The notes under the pieces were generated by a model. It worked only from the letters and a program-made list of their open reading frames with translations. It did no database searches and was not told the DNA's origin. Below, one piece after another: positions 31,581 through 42,352 of a stretch of 64,000 nt of DNA (position 1 is its first letter; the number at the start of each line of letters is the position of its first letter). Source of the stretch: Thermoproteota archaeon. Lineage in GTDB: Archaea > Thermoproteota > Thermoprotei > Thermofilales > B9-G17. The translations under genes and the position numbers were made by a program. The DNA lies in NCBI GenBank assembly GCA_029258885.1, contig JAPDJW010000003.1, positions 117,044-181,043 of the forward strand, read 5' to 3'.

Positions 31581-31771
31581 GTAAATACAGGCCTAAATTA
31601 CTTACAGATTAAAGTATTAATTCACTGAATTCATAGTTTTATCTATATTGTTTTATGAAAAGTTTTTACTATATCTAATGGAAAAAATGTTGAAATATAA
31701 TGATATTAAGAAAATTTATTTAGGAAGCAAAATAGATATATATAGCTCTAGAAGTATTTTAGGCCGGGAAT

Positions 31772-33904
31772 ATGGGTGGAGTTAGATTAAAGTTTATGGT
31801 AGCGCTATACGCATGCATCATCCTAGCATCCGTGCTGTTTATTAACCATCCACCGAAGGTGAGGGCTGTATACGAAGTAACCATCTATGCATCAAAGGAT
31901 ACGTTCATATCTGAGCAGCTTCCCACCAGTAACTTTGGAAGTAAACAATATCTCTTGCTGGGAACGTATACTAGTAAAAGAAGGCATGTCCTCATACACT
32001 TCTCTCTAAATTCTATACCTAATGATGCGGTAATAATATCCGCAAAGCTTGTGCTTAAGAAGTATAGTCAAGCAGCCTTCTCAGCAAGCTTTAAATCCTT
32101 CTACGTGAAGATGGTATCTAAGTATTGGAGCGAATATCGCGCTACGTGGAAGAAGAGAACCAGCTTATATTCGTGGTCAAATGAAGGGGGCGACTACTAC
32201 ACATCACCCTACTCATACTTTACAGTCTATAAGAATGACCCCACGGAAAAGACGTATGAGATAGATGTAACTAGTATTGTGGAGGAGTGGCACTCCGGCT
32301 CCAAAACTAACTATGGCTTCATAATATATCCATATGGTACAGCTGATGGATACGTATACTTCTACTCAAGGGAGTATACGGGTGATACTAAGGATAGACC
32401 TAAGCTTATAGTCAGATATGAAATGCCTAGTATCGACGTTTCAGCGTCACCATCCATAAGAACGGTTACTCAGGGAGAAACTACAACCTTCCAGGTATCT
32501 GTGACTGGACAGTACTATAGTGGAACAGTACAGCTAAGCTTAACTGGATTGCCGAGTGGAACAACCTACTCCTTTAATCCGACGCAGGATACTCCGCCAT
32601 TCAACTCGATATTAACCATCGTGACCTCCTCTTCAACGCCTGTAGGAACACATACTTTAACGATAAAGGGAGTTGGAAGCGGAGTATCAGATCAGACGAC
32701 AATTAAGCTTAAAGTTATACAGGAGGCATCATTCACTCTCTCACTATCCGACCCTTCACTAACGATAGAGCAGGGAGACAGCGGAACAACCACTATAACC
32801 GTAAACCCGATATCAGGCTACAATAAGAAGGTAACCCTAAGCCTAGTAAGCGCACCTACCGGAGTAACAGCCTCATTCGCAAGCAATCCCATTACAGCAG
32901 GCTCATCGACGACCGTAACAATACAGGTATCCGAATCAACTACACCCGGAGCCCACACACTAGTATTTAAAGGCGTGGGAGAAGACGGAAAGGAGGCTAC
33001 AACCTCCCTATCACTGACAGTTCAGGAAAAACCGTTCGACTTCACAATATCGGTGAGCCCCAAGAGCATAGAGGTAAATCAGGGCGAAACAGCACAGGTT
33101 GTAGTAACGGTAAGCTTAACCTCAGGATCAGGGAAGGAGGTAACCTTAACCGCAATTGGAGTACCATCTGGGGCAACCTACTCATTCAACCCAAGCAAGG
33201 TTACGCCGCCAGGCTCATCAGTACTAACGATAAACACTGGCTCAGCAAAGGGAACATACACAATAATAGTTAAAGGAACAGGTGATGGAAAGGAGAGAAC
33301 GGATACCTTTACCATAAAGATTAAGGAGAAAATGTGTTTCATAGCGACGGCAACCTACGGCTCGGAGGTAAGTAATGAAGTAAACATTTTGAGGAGCTTT
33401 AGGGATAACATAGTACTATCAACCTACGCTGGCCAGAGGTTTTACGTGGCGTTCGACGCATTCTACTATTCGTGGAGCCCAGGAGTAGCGCAGACAATAC
33501 TGGAGCATCAGGAGCTAATAATCCCATTAAGGATAATACTCTACCCGCTTATAGGGACACTACTGTTGGCAACATCGATAGCTACGCCAGTAGTCTACAT
33601 GAACAGTGAATTGGCAGTATATATTGCGATGACCATAGCATCATCGCTACTGGGAATAATATACCTAACACCGATAAGCCTGATAATAGCTAGAATAATT
33701 AAGAGGAGGATATTCACGAAGAGAGTTGCTAGAATAATGATATACCTAACACTTGGACTACTTGCAACCTCAGTAATAGCCCAGACGCTAACGCTAGACA
33801 TGATGTTAACCATAGCAATATCGCTCTACGCACTAGCACTAACATTAACATCCGCATATACAACCACAACATACATACTATATAAAAGGAGGATAAACCC
33901 CTAG
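31772..33904 (+). CDS. DNRLRE-domain + 3 Ig-like repeats + CFI-box-CTERM surface protein
   Basis: KDTFISE..PTSNFG...RPKLIV (DNRLRE); three Ig-like Thr/Ser-rich repeats; MCFIATATYGSE followed by TM helices. Confidence 0.85.
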   Translation: MGGVRLKFMVALYACIILASVLFINHPPKVRAVYEVTIYASKDTFISEQLPTSNFGSKQYLLLGTYTSKRRHVLIHFSLNSIPNDAVIISAKLVLKKYSQAAFSASFKSFYVKMVSKYWSEYRATWKKRTSLYSWSNEGGDYYTSPYSYFTVYKNDPTEKTYEIDVTSIVEEWHSGSKTNYGFIIYPYGTADGYVYFYSREYTGDTKDRPKLIVRYEMPSIDVSASPSIRTVTQGETTTFQVSVTGQYYSGTVQLSLTGLPSGTTYSFNPTQDTPPFNSILTIVTSSSTPVGTHTLTIKGVGSGVSDQTTIKLKVIQEASFTLSLSDPSLTIEQGDSGTTTITVNPISGYNKKVTLSLVSAPTGVTASFASNPITAGSSTTVTIQVSESTTPGAHTLVFKGVGEDGKEATTSLSLTVQEKPFDFTISVSPKSIEVNQGETAQVVVTVSLTSGSGKEVTLTAIGVPSGATYSFNPSKVTPPGSSVLTINTGSAKGTYTIIVKGTGDGKERTDTFTIKIKEKMCFIATATYGSEVSNEVNILRSFRDNIVLSTYAGQRFYVAFDAFYYSWSPGVAQTILEHQELIIPLRIILYPLIGTLLLATSIATPVVYMNSELAVYIAMTIASSLLGIIYLTPISLIIARIIKRRIFTKRVARIMIYLTLGLLATSVIAQTLTLDMMLTIAISLYALALTLTSAYTTTTYILYKRRINP

Positions 33905-33981
33905 CAAATAATCTATTAAATCCCCTTTCTTCTTTACTAATAACATAATTCTTCAAATCACTTCCTTAACGAAGTACTTCT

Positions 33982-34380
33982 CTAATGGCAGAAGCTGGAG
34001 CTCCTTACAACCTTAACATACCTCCTCGAAACTTCCTCAAGCTTCTCATCATCCGTTACAAGAATATATCCTCCCCGCATAGCCTCTAAAAGGTAAGCTG
34101 CATCATAAACCGTAATTTCCTCCTCCACTGCAAGCTTATAAACCTCACCTCCGAGGCTACCAAAGGAAACTACATGTAAAACCTTAAAGGTATCAGTAAT
34201 AAGGCCAACGTATTCAAGCGCAGTATCCGCATCCAGCTTACCCAGAAGGACGTGTTCCCTCCATATAGCATTCAAACACTCATAGAAAGTCAAATCTAAA
34301 GTTACGCCATTAAGGAAAGGCTTTATACAGGCACGCTTAATTAAATTCAGAATAGAGCAGGCATCGAAAACGTACATCAT
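33982..34380 (-). CDS. vapC: PIN-domain VapC toxin
   Basis: YVFDACS, YECLNA, ITVYDAAY and LVTDD. Confidence 0.88.
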   Translation of the reverse strand: MMYVFDACSILNLIKRACIKPFLNGVTLDLTFYECLNAIWREHVLLGKLDADTALEYVGLITDTFKVLHVVSFGSLGGEVYKLAVEEEITVYDAAYLLEAMRGGYILVTDDEKLEEVSRRYVKVVRSSSFCH

Positions 34381-34455
34381 CTAGCCTCCCTATCCCTCCT
34401 AATAAGCTCCACAATCTCCTCATCAGAAATACTCGCAAGCCTTCCACTAAGCCTA
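34377..34455 (-). pseudogene. vapB: 3' remnant of a VapB antitoxin
   Basis: ...RRLSGRLASISDEEIVELIRRDREAR* overlaps the vapC ATG (ATGA). No start codon; upstream sequence belongs to the divergent paralog. Confidence 0.6.
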
Positions 34456-36446
34456 CGAGCCCATACTCCTACTTCAAAGTCTACAACACAGATCCAAGTT
34501 TAAAGTCGTATATAATAGATGTAACGAACATTGTTAAGCAGTGGCACAGCGGAACAAGGAAAAACTATGGCATCATAATACGGCCATCAGGCACGGCAAA
34601 TGGAATCGTATGGTTCTACACCAGCGATCACTCATACACCCAGAATCATCCAAAACTCATAATCGAATACTATCTACCAAGCATAGACGTTTCAGCCTCA
34701 CCCTCAATCAGAACAGTTGCACAGGGAGATACAACGACATTCCAAGTAGCAGTTTCAGCCCTATACTACAGTGGAACAGTACAGCTAAGCGTAACGGGGC
34801 TACCCAGCGGAGTAACCTATTCATTCAACCCAACACAGGACACACCGCCCTTCAACTCCGTCCTGACGATAACAACATCATCAACAACACCTACGGGAAC
34901 CTACACCCTAACGATAAAGGGAATAGGCACAGGAGTATCAGATCAAACAACAGTTAAACTAAAGGTAGTACAGCCAGCAGCATTCACACTATCACTGGCG
35001 GATCTATCACTAACGATAGAACAGGGAGACAGTAGGACAACGACAATAACCGTTAATCCGGTGGCAGGATACAGTAAAAAGGTAACCTTAAGCTTAGCAA
35101 GCGCACCCTCAGGAGTAACAGCAACATTCGCAACAAACCCCGTAACACCAGGAGGATCAACAACAGTAACAGTCAAGGTATCAGCGTCAGCAATGCCAGG
35201 AACATATACAATAGTATTTAAGGGAGTAGGCGAAGACGGTAAAGAAGCAACAACCTCACTATCGCTAACGGTAGAGGAGAAGCTCTTCGACTTCGCAGTA
35301 ACAGTATCACCCAACACGCTCGTAGTCAATGAGGGACAGGACGCAGTAATAACAGTAGACGTAAACCTAGTATCAGGAAGCGGAAAACCAGTAACACTAT
35401 CGTTAACAGGACTACCATCCGGCACAACATACAGCTTCAGCACAACAACAGTAACGCCAACAGGATCATCAACATTAACGATAAAGACGTCAGACCTAAC
35501 CGGAACCTACACCGTAACAGTAAAAGGAACATACGGAGCAGCCGAAAAAACCGACAGCTTCACGCTTGAGGTTAAGGAGTTCGACTTCACAGTATCAATA
35601 AGCCCAAATAACGTAGAGATAAACCAAGGCGAAACGGCATCAATAATAGTAACAGTAAGCCTAGCATCGGGGGCAGCAAAAGAGGTAACGCTAACAGCAG
35701 TAGGAATACCAGCTGGGGCAACCTACTCATTCAATCCAAGCAAGGTTACGCCGCCAGGCTCATCAGTACTAACGATAAACACTGGCTCAGCAAAAGGCTC
35801 ATATACAATAGTAATTAAGGGAACAGGAGATGGAAAAGAGAGGACAGACACACTATTGATAAACATCAAGGAGAAGGCATGCTTCGTAGCAACAGCAACC
35901 TACGGCTCCGAAGTAAGTAACGAAGTAAACATACTCAGAGAATTCAGAGACGACATAGTATTATCAACCTACGCAGGACAGAGATTCTACGTAGCATTCG
36001 ACGCATTCTACTACTCTTGGAGTCCACAGATAGCACAAGCAATACTAGCACACCAGGGTCTAATAGCACCACTAAGAATAACACTTTATCCGCTAATAGG
36101 AACACTACTGTTGGCAACATCGATAGCCACGCCAATAGCCCAAGTAAGCGGCGAACTAGCGGTATACCTAGCAATGACGATAATATCGTCACTACTAGGA
36201 ATAATATACCTGACACCATCAAACCTAATATTAAGCAAAATAACCAAAAAGAAAATATTCGCAAAGAAAACAGCTAAGAAACTAATCTACCTAACACTAG
36301 GACTACTAACAACATCAATAGCAGCACAAGCATTAACACTAGACATAATACTAACAGCAACAACATTCATCTACGCCTTCACACTAGCAATAACATCAGC
36401 ATACCTAACCACAACCTACATACTAGACATACGTAAAAGAAAGTAA
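34455..36446 (+). pseudogene. 5'-truncated paralog of the DNRLRE/Ig/CFI-box protein (4 Ig repeats)
   Basis: Frame is open from TSPYSYFKVYNTDP (aligns to TSPYSYFTVYKNDP of 31772..33904) to the stop at 36446. Signal peptide and most of DNRLRE are absent; no in-frame ATG. The track starts it at GTG 35061. Confidence 0.8.
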
Positions 36447-36632
36447 AACCTTCAAGCTGTTTCTAAAACAGAAAACGGCACAAATCAAAACCTTTTTTAT
36501 CCTAAAACCCCTACCTTCTAAAACTCAAATCTCCAGCAAAGCAGGCAGAAGATACTGTACGTCTTCAATAAATAGTCTTTAATACAAGGTTTTTGCGTAA
36601 TACTTTTATTACTGTAATATGATAATTATCGC

Positions 36633-36878
36633 ATGGCAATTATAAGTGTTAGGGTAAGTGATGAAATCAAGAAACGCATGGATAGGCTTAAACACATCAA
36701 CTGGAGCGAAGTCATTAGAAGAGCAATAATTAAGACACTAGAGGAAGAGGAGGGGAGAAACCTAGCAAGAGCGGTACTACTAAACGAGAAAATCAGGAAA
36801 AAAGCACCTGAGGGATGGGATAGCACAGAGATAATTAGGTACTGGAGGCAACGTAGATATGGAGCGAATAGTAAGTGA
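36633..36878 (+). CDS. vapB: VapB-type antitoxin (RHH)
   Basis: ISVRVSDEIKKRMDRLKHINWSEVIR. Confidence 0.8.
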   Translation: MAIISVRVSDEIKKRMDRLKHINWSEVIRRAIIKTLEEEEGRNLARAVLLNEKIRKKAPEGWDSTEIIRYWRQRRYGANSK

Positions 36879-37281
36879 CGCAAGCGTAGTAGTCAAATGG
36901 TTCATACAAGAAAAACACTCAGATAAAGCTCTAAAACTAAGAGACATGCATGTAAACGGAGAAATCCTCATAGCCGCCCCAGAACTACTACCATTCGAAG
37001 TCTTAAATGCCCTAAAATACAGCCAGCTCTTCACCCTAGAAGAATTAAAAATGGCAGCTATATCCCTCTCAAGCTACGGCATAGAACTATATCCACTAAA
37101 AGGAAAACTCGCCGAAAAAACAGTAGAAATATCAGCTAAAAAAGACATAACAATCTACGACGCATCATACATAGCCCTAGCACAAGAACTAAAAACAATC
37201 CTATACACAGCCGACGATAAACTCATAAGAAAAATAGGAAAAGAATATGCCAAAAACATACTGCATGTATCCAAGATCTAA
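36859..37281 (+). CDS. vapC: PIN-domain VapC toxin
   Basis: VSDASVVVKW, FEVLNAL, TIYDASY and YTAD. Confidence 0.9.
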   Translation: MERIVSDASVVVKWFIQEKHSDKALKLRDMHVNGEILIAAPELLPFEVLNALKYSQLFTLEELKMAAISLSSYGIELYPLKGKLAEKTVEISAKKDITIYDASYIALAQELKTILYTADDKLIRKIGKEYAKNILHVSKI

Positions 37282-37379
37282 ACCGTAACGTTAAAGACAT
37301 TCATAATCAGTACTCCAGCAACCTTATCTAAATGTATCACAAGCTCTCTATCAGAGGCCATTTACAACCCGTAGAACCT

Positions 37380-37778
37380 TTAATCTCCAATATACACGAC
37401 ATCCCTTAAACCCTTAAACAGCCTATCCCCAGTAACTAGTTTAGTTCCCAAGATTCTCGCTATAGCCAATACGACAGCATCCACCAGACTAGGCGTCCTA
37501 AGCTTCTCCCAACGCGCTCTCTCTAACAACTCAAAATAGACTTCAGCCGCCTTAAGAGCAACACTAGAATCCACACTAACGACTATGCTCTTAAACTCCA
37601 TAAACCTAAGCCTCTTAACAACCTCCTCCCGACTAAACCCCTCCCTTAAATACTTCCTAGCAATTTCAGCTAACACTACATCAGGAGTATAAGCCCCTTT
37701 CTCCAGTAAGTCCTTAACCACCCTACCCTTAGGAGATCCCAGAAAATACTCCACCCATGCATAGGTATCAAGAATCAT
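37380..37778 (-). CDS. vapC: PIN-domain VapC toxin
   Basis: ILDTYAWVE, LAEI, SLVDA and VTGD. Confidence 0.9.
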   Translation of the reverse strand: MILDTYAWVEYFLGSPKGRVVKDLLEKGAYTPDVVLAEIARKYLREGFSREEVVKRLRFMEFKSIVVSVDSSVALKAAEVYFELLERARWEKLRTPSLVDAVVLAIARILGTKLVTGDRLFKGLRDVVYIGD

Positions 37779-37978
37779 AACCTATCCTCCATCCGATCCC
37801 TTGCAGAAAACGGCTTTAACCTACCCTTATCAACGCCAAACATATCCATAGGCAACCCTGCCTTTTCAAAAACCAGCCTCTCAATAACCTCATCAAAACT
37901 CTTAACTCCATACTCCCTCTTAAGAAGCTCAAGAAGCATACGAGTCCTTCTACTAACCTGAATAGTAGTAGACACCAT
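37775..37978 (-). CDS. vapB: VapB-type antitoxin
   Basis: STTIQVSRRTRMLL...SFDEVI...DMFG; 4-bp overlap with vapC. Confidence 0.8.
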   Translation of the reverse strand: MVSTTIQVSRRTRMLLELLKREYGVKSFDEVIERLVFEKAGLPMDMFGVDKGRLKPFSARDRMEDRL

Positions 37979-38074
37979 ATATTATAAACTATAAACTACA
38001 ATTTATAAACTTATCTAAAAGCCGAAAGCTTTTCATCTAAACCCTCGATTTTAAATCAAACAAAGCAGACTAAA

Positions 38075-41000
38075 TTACCTTTTAACACACACAGTATAGA
38101 CGCCAGATCCCGAGCTATTCTCCAGATCATATGCAAGCCTCTTCAACGTATAATTTGAAGCTAAAATGAAAACCTGGGGCATACGTGAAAGATCCAAAAC
38201 AATATCCTTAAGCCTATAGATGTCACTCCTCTTAACTATAACAGTCTCAGGCTCAATAAGAGGCATACCCAACATACCGTAGAGCTCCCTAAAGCTTTCA
38301 ACAAAAGAACTCCTATAACCATAAGGCAAAACAACAGCTATGCTATTCGGGGGATACTCCTTCTCAAGAAAATGAATAAGAGTTAAATAAGCCATAAACT
38401 CAGCTAACATCTTCTTATCCCTATAACGAACCCATAAATTTAGCCTTCCTTTCTTAATCAGGGTATTATACATCCTAAATACTTCAGTATCGACATAAGC
38501 TAGCTTCATCTTCTTTTCACTAATAAATTCCCTATATAAATCCTTGATAGATCTTGAAAGATACTCCTTAATCAACATCCTAGCAACCTTATCCCTCTCA
38601 TCAGCAGGCTTGCTCACAACAGTTTCAGCATAATTATTCATGTAGAATAATGCAACCATCTCGTAGAATTGCTCTCTCCTAACCAGATCATAGGCATCTC
38701 TCCTATTTATCTGAGGAACAAGGTAGTTTATGAGCACTGCCTCTTTGGCTCCAGTTATCCTCAAACCCAATTCTTCCCCGTTACCTCCGGCTGGTTTAAT
38801 TAATAATCGTAGATTTCCTGGAAGCCCTTCAGGAATAAATTTAACAAGGGCATCGTATCCACCATACAGCCCAACCACATAAGCATCGTAAAGACTACCA
38901 TCATGCTTCACATCTTTCAGCGTAGCTAAATAGAGATCTTTATTACCGATTTTGGCTATGCGAACTCCAGCGGAAACCTCATCATCAGTAACCACAAATC
39001 TATCATAAATTATATCATAGTCCAATATACCTAAGCGAGCCATAAGATTAAGGGATTTCCTAACACATGTATCCACGCGTTCAGGCAACGTCCTCCCATA
39101 TGCAACGTATTTCCACGTATTGCCATACATGAAGTTATGCACCAGAAGACAGAGAATAACCAACGGTATACGAGCATCCGTTCCAGCATATCTAGCGAGG
39201 AATTCGTGTATCACAAAGACAACCCTAGGATCTATAAAACCTCTCTTAAGCAGGGTATAACGCCTCCTAAAATCATAGCCTGGCGAGAAAAGCATTACAG
39301 CCCTACAGAGTTCACCATCCCTGCCTCCTCTACCAATCTCCTGATAATAGTCCTCCACCGTCTCGGGCATAATATAGTGGACAATCCACCTAATATTTGG
39401 TATATCCACGCCCATACCGAAAGCCTTAGTAGCCACAATAATCCTAGGATATCTAATTACACCTCTACTAACCATATAAAGAGAATCCAATATACGCTTC
39501 TTCTCCCTCCTATCAAGCTGTCCATGGAAATACCCTACCTTCTCGTTCAACACCTGAGATAGATACTCAGCTATAGTCTCAACGTTCTCATACTCTCTAG
39601 TCGATCTAACAAAGCCCGTATAAACTATACCTATCCAAGGCCTACCGCCCGAAACCTCCTCGCTCCAATCAATCAGATCCCTCACAACCTTAGCCAAATA
39701 CCTAAGCTTACTCTCTCCAGCCGGAGCAGCCATAACGTTTATCGTAATATTATCCCTGAGAACAGGCCCCTTAATCACCTTCACCTGAAACCTCATCTCG
39801 GCAACACTACGATCATAATCCGTGCTAAAATCTATCTCATCAATATCAAAACCCTCCGCACCAGACAGAAATTTTAATACCGCCTCAAGCTCGCTTGAAG
39901 GAAGAGTTGCCGTAAACCCAGCTATAGGGATCCAGAAACCCTCGCTTCTCCTCTTCCTGAGGTATTCGGCAAGATACATGTAGCTAGGCCTAAAGCTCCT
40001 CCCCCATTTACTTAAAGTATGTATCTCGTCAAGAATAACGTAGTTTATATCAGCCTTCTCAAAGCTTCTCCTAACAATCTCCTTCTGAAACTGCTCCGGC
40101 GTAATATACACAAGATCGTACTCGCCCCTAGCCAAACCCCTAATCAACCTACTCCTCGTAGAAGAATCAACTAAACCAGTTATCCTACATACACGTATAC
40201 CCCTCCTCCTAAGGCTATACACCTGATCCTCAATCAACGCCAGAAGCGGAGAAACAACAACAGTAGTACCTCCAATCCTCCTCCTAAGCACCCTAGCAAC
40301 AGACTGAAAAATCAGCGACTTACCAGATCCAGTAGGCAACAGAACTATCGTCAAAGGCATATTAACCCTAGACCCCTCCCTACAATAGGGCAAAAGAAGC
40401 CGAGCAACGCACCTTCTCTGATAAGGCCTAAGCCTAAAGCCCCACTTCTCAGCCACAACCTCCTCAACACGCCTCAAAGCATCATCTAAAGAATCAAAAA
40501 CCACATAAGAAAGCTCCACGTCAACGTCATCCCTCGGCATAACAGTAATGTGATCAACATAGTCGTGTAGTCCAACACTAGAGAGAATACCGTACTTGGC
40601 ATTTAGAACGGTAAGTCCTATACCGCCATAATATGATGCTTCGATAAGCATTTTTAAGAACTCCTCCAGCCTCCTAGTACTAGCCAACCTAGCCCTAAGA
40701 GTCCTCAACGAGTAGAGAACAACCGAATACCTCCATCCAGCAAACCTACGCATATACCTGAGAACCTTAAGAGCCTTCGAACCGCCGACATTTAAAACAA
40801 TAGCCTTACCCTTAACCTTAAAAGCCGCATCCCTAGCAATAAACTCCTCCGCCCTATTAGCGACAACAACCAGAGAACAACCTTCAGATACAATAGACGC
40901 TAGAATCCTGCCAAGATATCTAAAATGCCTAGAACTCTTATCCAACCCCTCCTCAACAACACGCAACACCCTCGGAGGCTTCTCAGGTGCCTCAATCAAT

Positions 41001-42340
41001 ACGTCGTAGAGATCGAAGTCCTGTGGAAACACCGTATGGAACACGACTTCATTGAAATTATCTTTAGCCCAGCTGAGAACCTCCCCCAGCCTACCTCCAC
41101 AATACACCTTCAACAGATAAGCGCCAACAAACCTAATCCTACCAGCCTTTCCGCCACCAATCCTCCAGCGGGAAATAAGATCATAAAGATGCCTATACTC
41201 AACCGAAAAGCCGCTCCGCAGATCAGGGAGAGGATTCTCAACACAAACCCTATCCAAGATATCCCTGAGAGAATCCGCAATACTTCTATAGGGGATATAG
41301 AGCTCCCTCAACTCATCTACACTTCTACCGCCACCCCTCAGATAGGACTCAACAATAATCAAAGCCAACCTATCCGACATAGAATAGAGGGATGAACCTA
41401 AAGCCGCCAGCTTCTCACGGCTAACAACCAGCGGATACCAAGCATCAACACAATCATAAGCATCAAAAACCACAGCAACCTCAAAACTACTGCTACATTT
41501 AAACCTACTACGCCTAAAAACAAACTCCCTGGAAGGAACGTTAATAACCTTTAACCCGACCAAAGGATAGTAATCAACACTCACGATGGCGTCCAGCAAG
41601 CCCTTACTCTTAGCAATCCCCACCAGATACGGCAGAATCATAGCAGAGGCATAAGCATCCTCATCAGCCACGTGAGGAGTATAATCAACACCAAAAACAT
41701 CGCTTAAATATTCCAGCGAGTGAAAACGAGCCTCGGGAACCACAAGCAGAGACAACAGATAAGTATCAATCAAGGGAACACATAAATCCACACCCCAACC
41801 ACGCAAAACCTCCAAGTCATGAAGAAAAACATTATGCCCAACAACAACCCTAAACCTACCCAAAAACTTCCTAAGAAAATTACGGGGCTCAACACCATAT
41901 TTATCAACGAGAGCCTTAAAATCAGAAACCCTAAGCCTAAAAGCAACACTCCAATCACGGCTCCTAATAGCCACAAAACCAATCTCCCTAGGCCTCCTCT
42001 CAAACACAACCTCAGTCTCAACATCCAAAGCAACAACATCAACGTCCAAATCCAAAATCCTAGCCCTAGGATCATCAACACCAACAACACGAGTTAACTC
42101 AACAAACTTCTCAAACTCACCCCTAAAAAACAGAAAATTAAAAACCTCACCCAAAACAGCGGCCCCAACCCTACGAGCCAAACCAGGCCTACCACGAACC
42201 AAACCATAAACTAAATCAACATCCCTTCTAACAAGAGCCTCCAGCAACAACCTCCTAAACCTAACCAAAGACCAATACCTATAAACAAAATACAATAAAA
42301 GAAGAACAACCGCCAACAGCGGGATAACTTCAATCATCAT
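38075..42340 (-). CDS. recQ: Fusion: N-terminal hydrophobic helix + DEDDh 3'-5' exonuclease + RecQ-family helicase (1421 aa)
   Basis: Exonuclease motifs LDVETE, GHNVFLHD and HVADED. RecQ motifs PTGSGKS, DEIHTLSKWGRSFRPSY, TAT, ATKAFGMGVD and YYQEIGRGGRDG. Confidence 0.85.
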   Translation of the reverse strand: MMIEVIPLLAVVLLLLYFVYRYWSLVRFRRLLLEALVRRDVDLVYGLVRGRPGLARRVGAAVLGEVFNFLFFRGEFEKFVELTRVVGVDDPRARILDLDVDVVALDVETEVVFERRPREIGFVAIRSRDWSVAFRLRVSDFKALVDKYGVEPRNFLRKFLGRFRVVVGHNVFLHDLEVLRGWGVDLCVPLIDTYLLSLLVVPEARFHSLEYLSDVFGVDYTPHVADEDAYASAMILPYLVGIAKSKGLLDAIVSVDYYPLVGLKVINVPSREFVFRRSRFKCSSSFEVAVVFDAYDCVDAWYPLVVSREKLAALGSSLYSMSDRLALIIVESYLRGGGRSVDELRELYIPYRSIADSLRDILDRVCVENPLPDLRSGFSVEYRHLYDLISRWRIGGGKAGRIRFVGAYLLKVYCGGRLGEVLSWAKDNFNEVVFHTVFPQDFDLYDVLIEAPEKPPRVLRVVEEGLDKSSRHFRYLGRILASIVSEGCSLVVVANRAEEFIARDAAFKVKGKAIVLNVGGSKALKVLRYMRRFAGWRYSVVLYSLRTLRARLASTRRLEEFLKMLIEASYYGGIGLTVLNAKYGILSSVGLHDYVDHITVMPRDDVDVELSYVVFDSLDDALRRVEEVVAEKWGFRLRPYQRRCVARLLLPYCREGSRVNMPLTIVLLPTGSGKSLIFQSVARVLRRRIGGTTVVVSPLLALIEDQVYSLRRRGIRVCRITGLVDSSTRSRLIRGLARGEYDLVYITPEQFQKEIVRRSFEKADINYVILDEIHTLSKWGRSFRPSYMYLAEYLRKRRSEGFWIPIAGFTATLPSSELEAVLKFLSGAEGFDIDEIDFSTDYDRSVAEMRFQVKVIKGPVLRDNITINVMAAPAGESKLRYLAKVVRDLIDWSEEVSGGRPWIGIVYTGFVRSTREYENVETIAEYLSQVLNEKVGYFHGQLDRREKKRILDSLYMVSRGVIRYPRIIVATKAFGMGVDIPNIRWIVHYIMPETVEDYYQEIGRGGRDGELCRAVMLFSPGYDFRRRYTLLKRGFIDPRVVFVIHEFLARYAGTDARIPLVILCLLVHNFMYGNTWKYVAYGRTLPERVDTCVRKSLNLMARLGILDYDIIYDRFVVTDDEVSAGVRIAKIGNKDLYLATLKDVKHDGSLYDAYVVGLYGGYDALVKFIPEGLPGNLRLLIKPAGGNGEELGLRITGAKEAVLINYLVPQINRRDAYDLVRREQFYEMVALFYMNNYAETVVSKPADERDKVARMLIKEYLSRSIKDLYREFISEKKMKLAYVDTEVFRMYNTLIKKGRLNLWVRYRDKKMLAEFMAYLTLIHFLEKEYPPNSIAVVLPYGYRSSFVESFRELYGMLGMPLIEPETVIVKRSDIYRLKDIVLDLSRMPQVFILASNYTLKRLAYDLENSSGSGVYTVCVKR

Positions 42341-42352
42341 TTAATATTATAA

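Noticed and set aside
34541-34957. 138-aa ORF and other overlapping alternate-frame/antisense ORFs in the track (e.g. 873-1205, 4950-5291, 13484-14116, 28603-29097, 39137-39562, 49571-50083, 62827-63378)
   Set aside because: They overlap well-supported genes and have low-complexity shadow-ORF composition; 34541-34957 is an off-frame reading of the truncated paralog.
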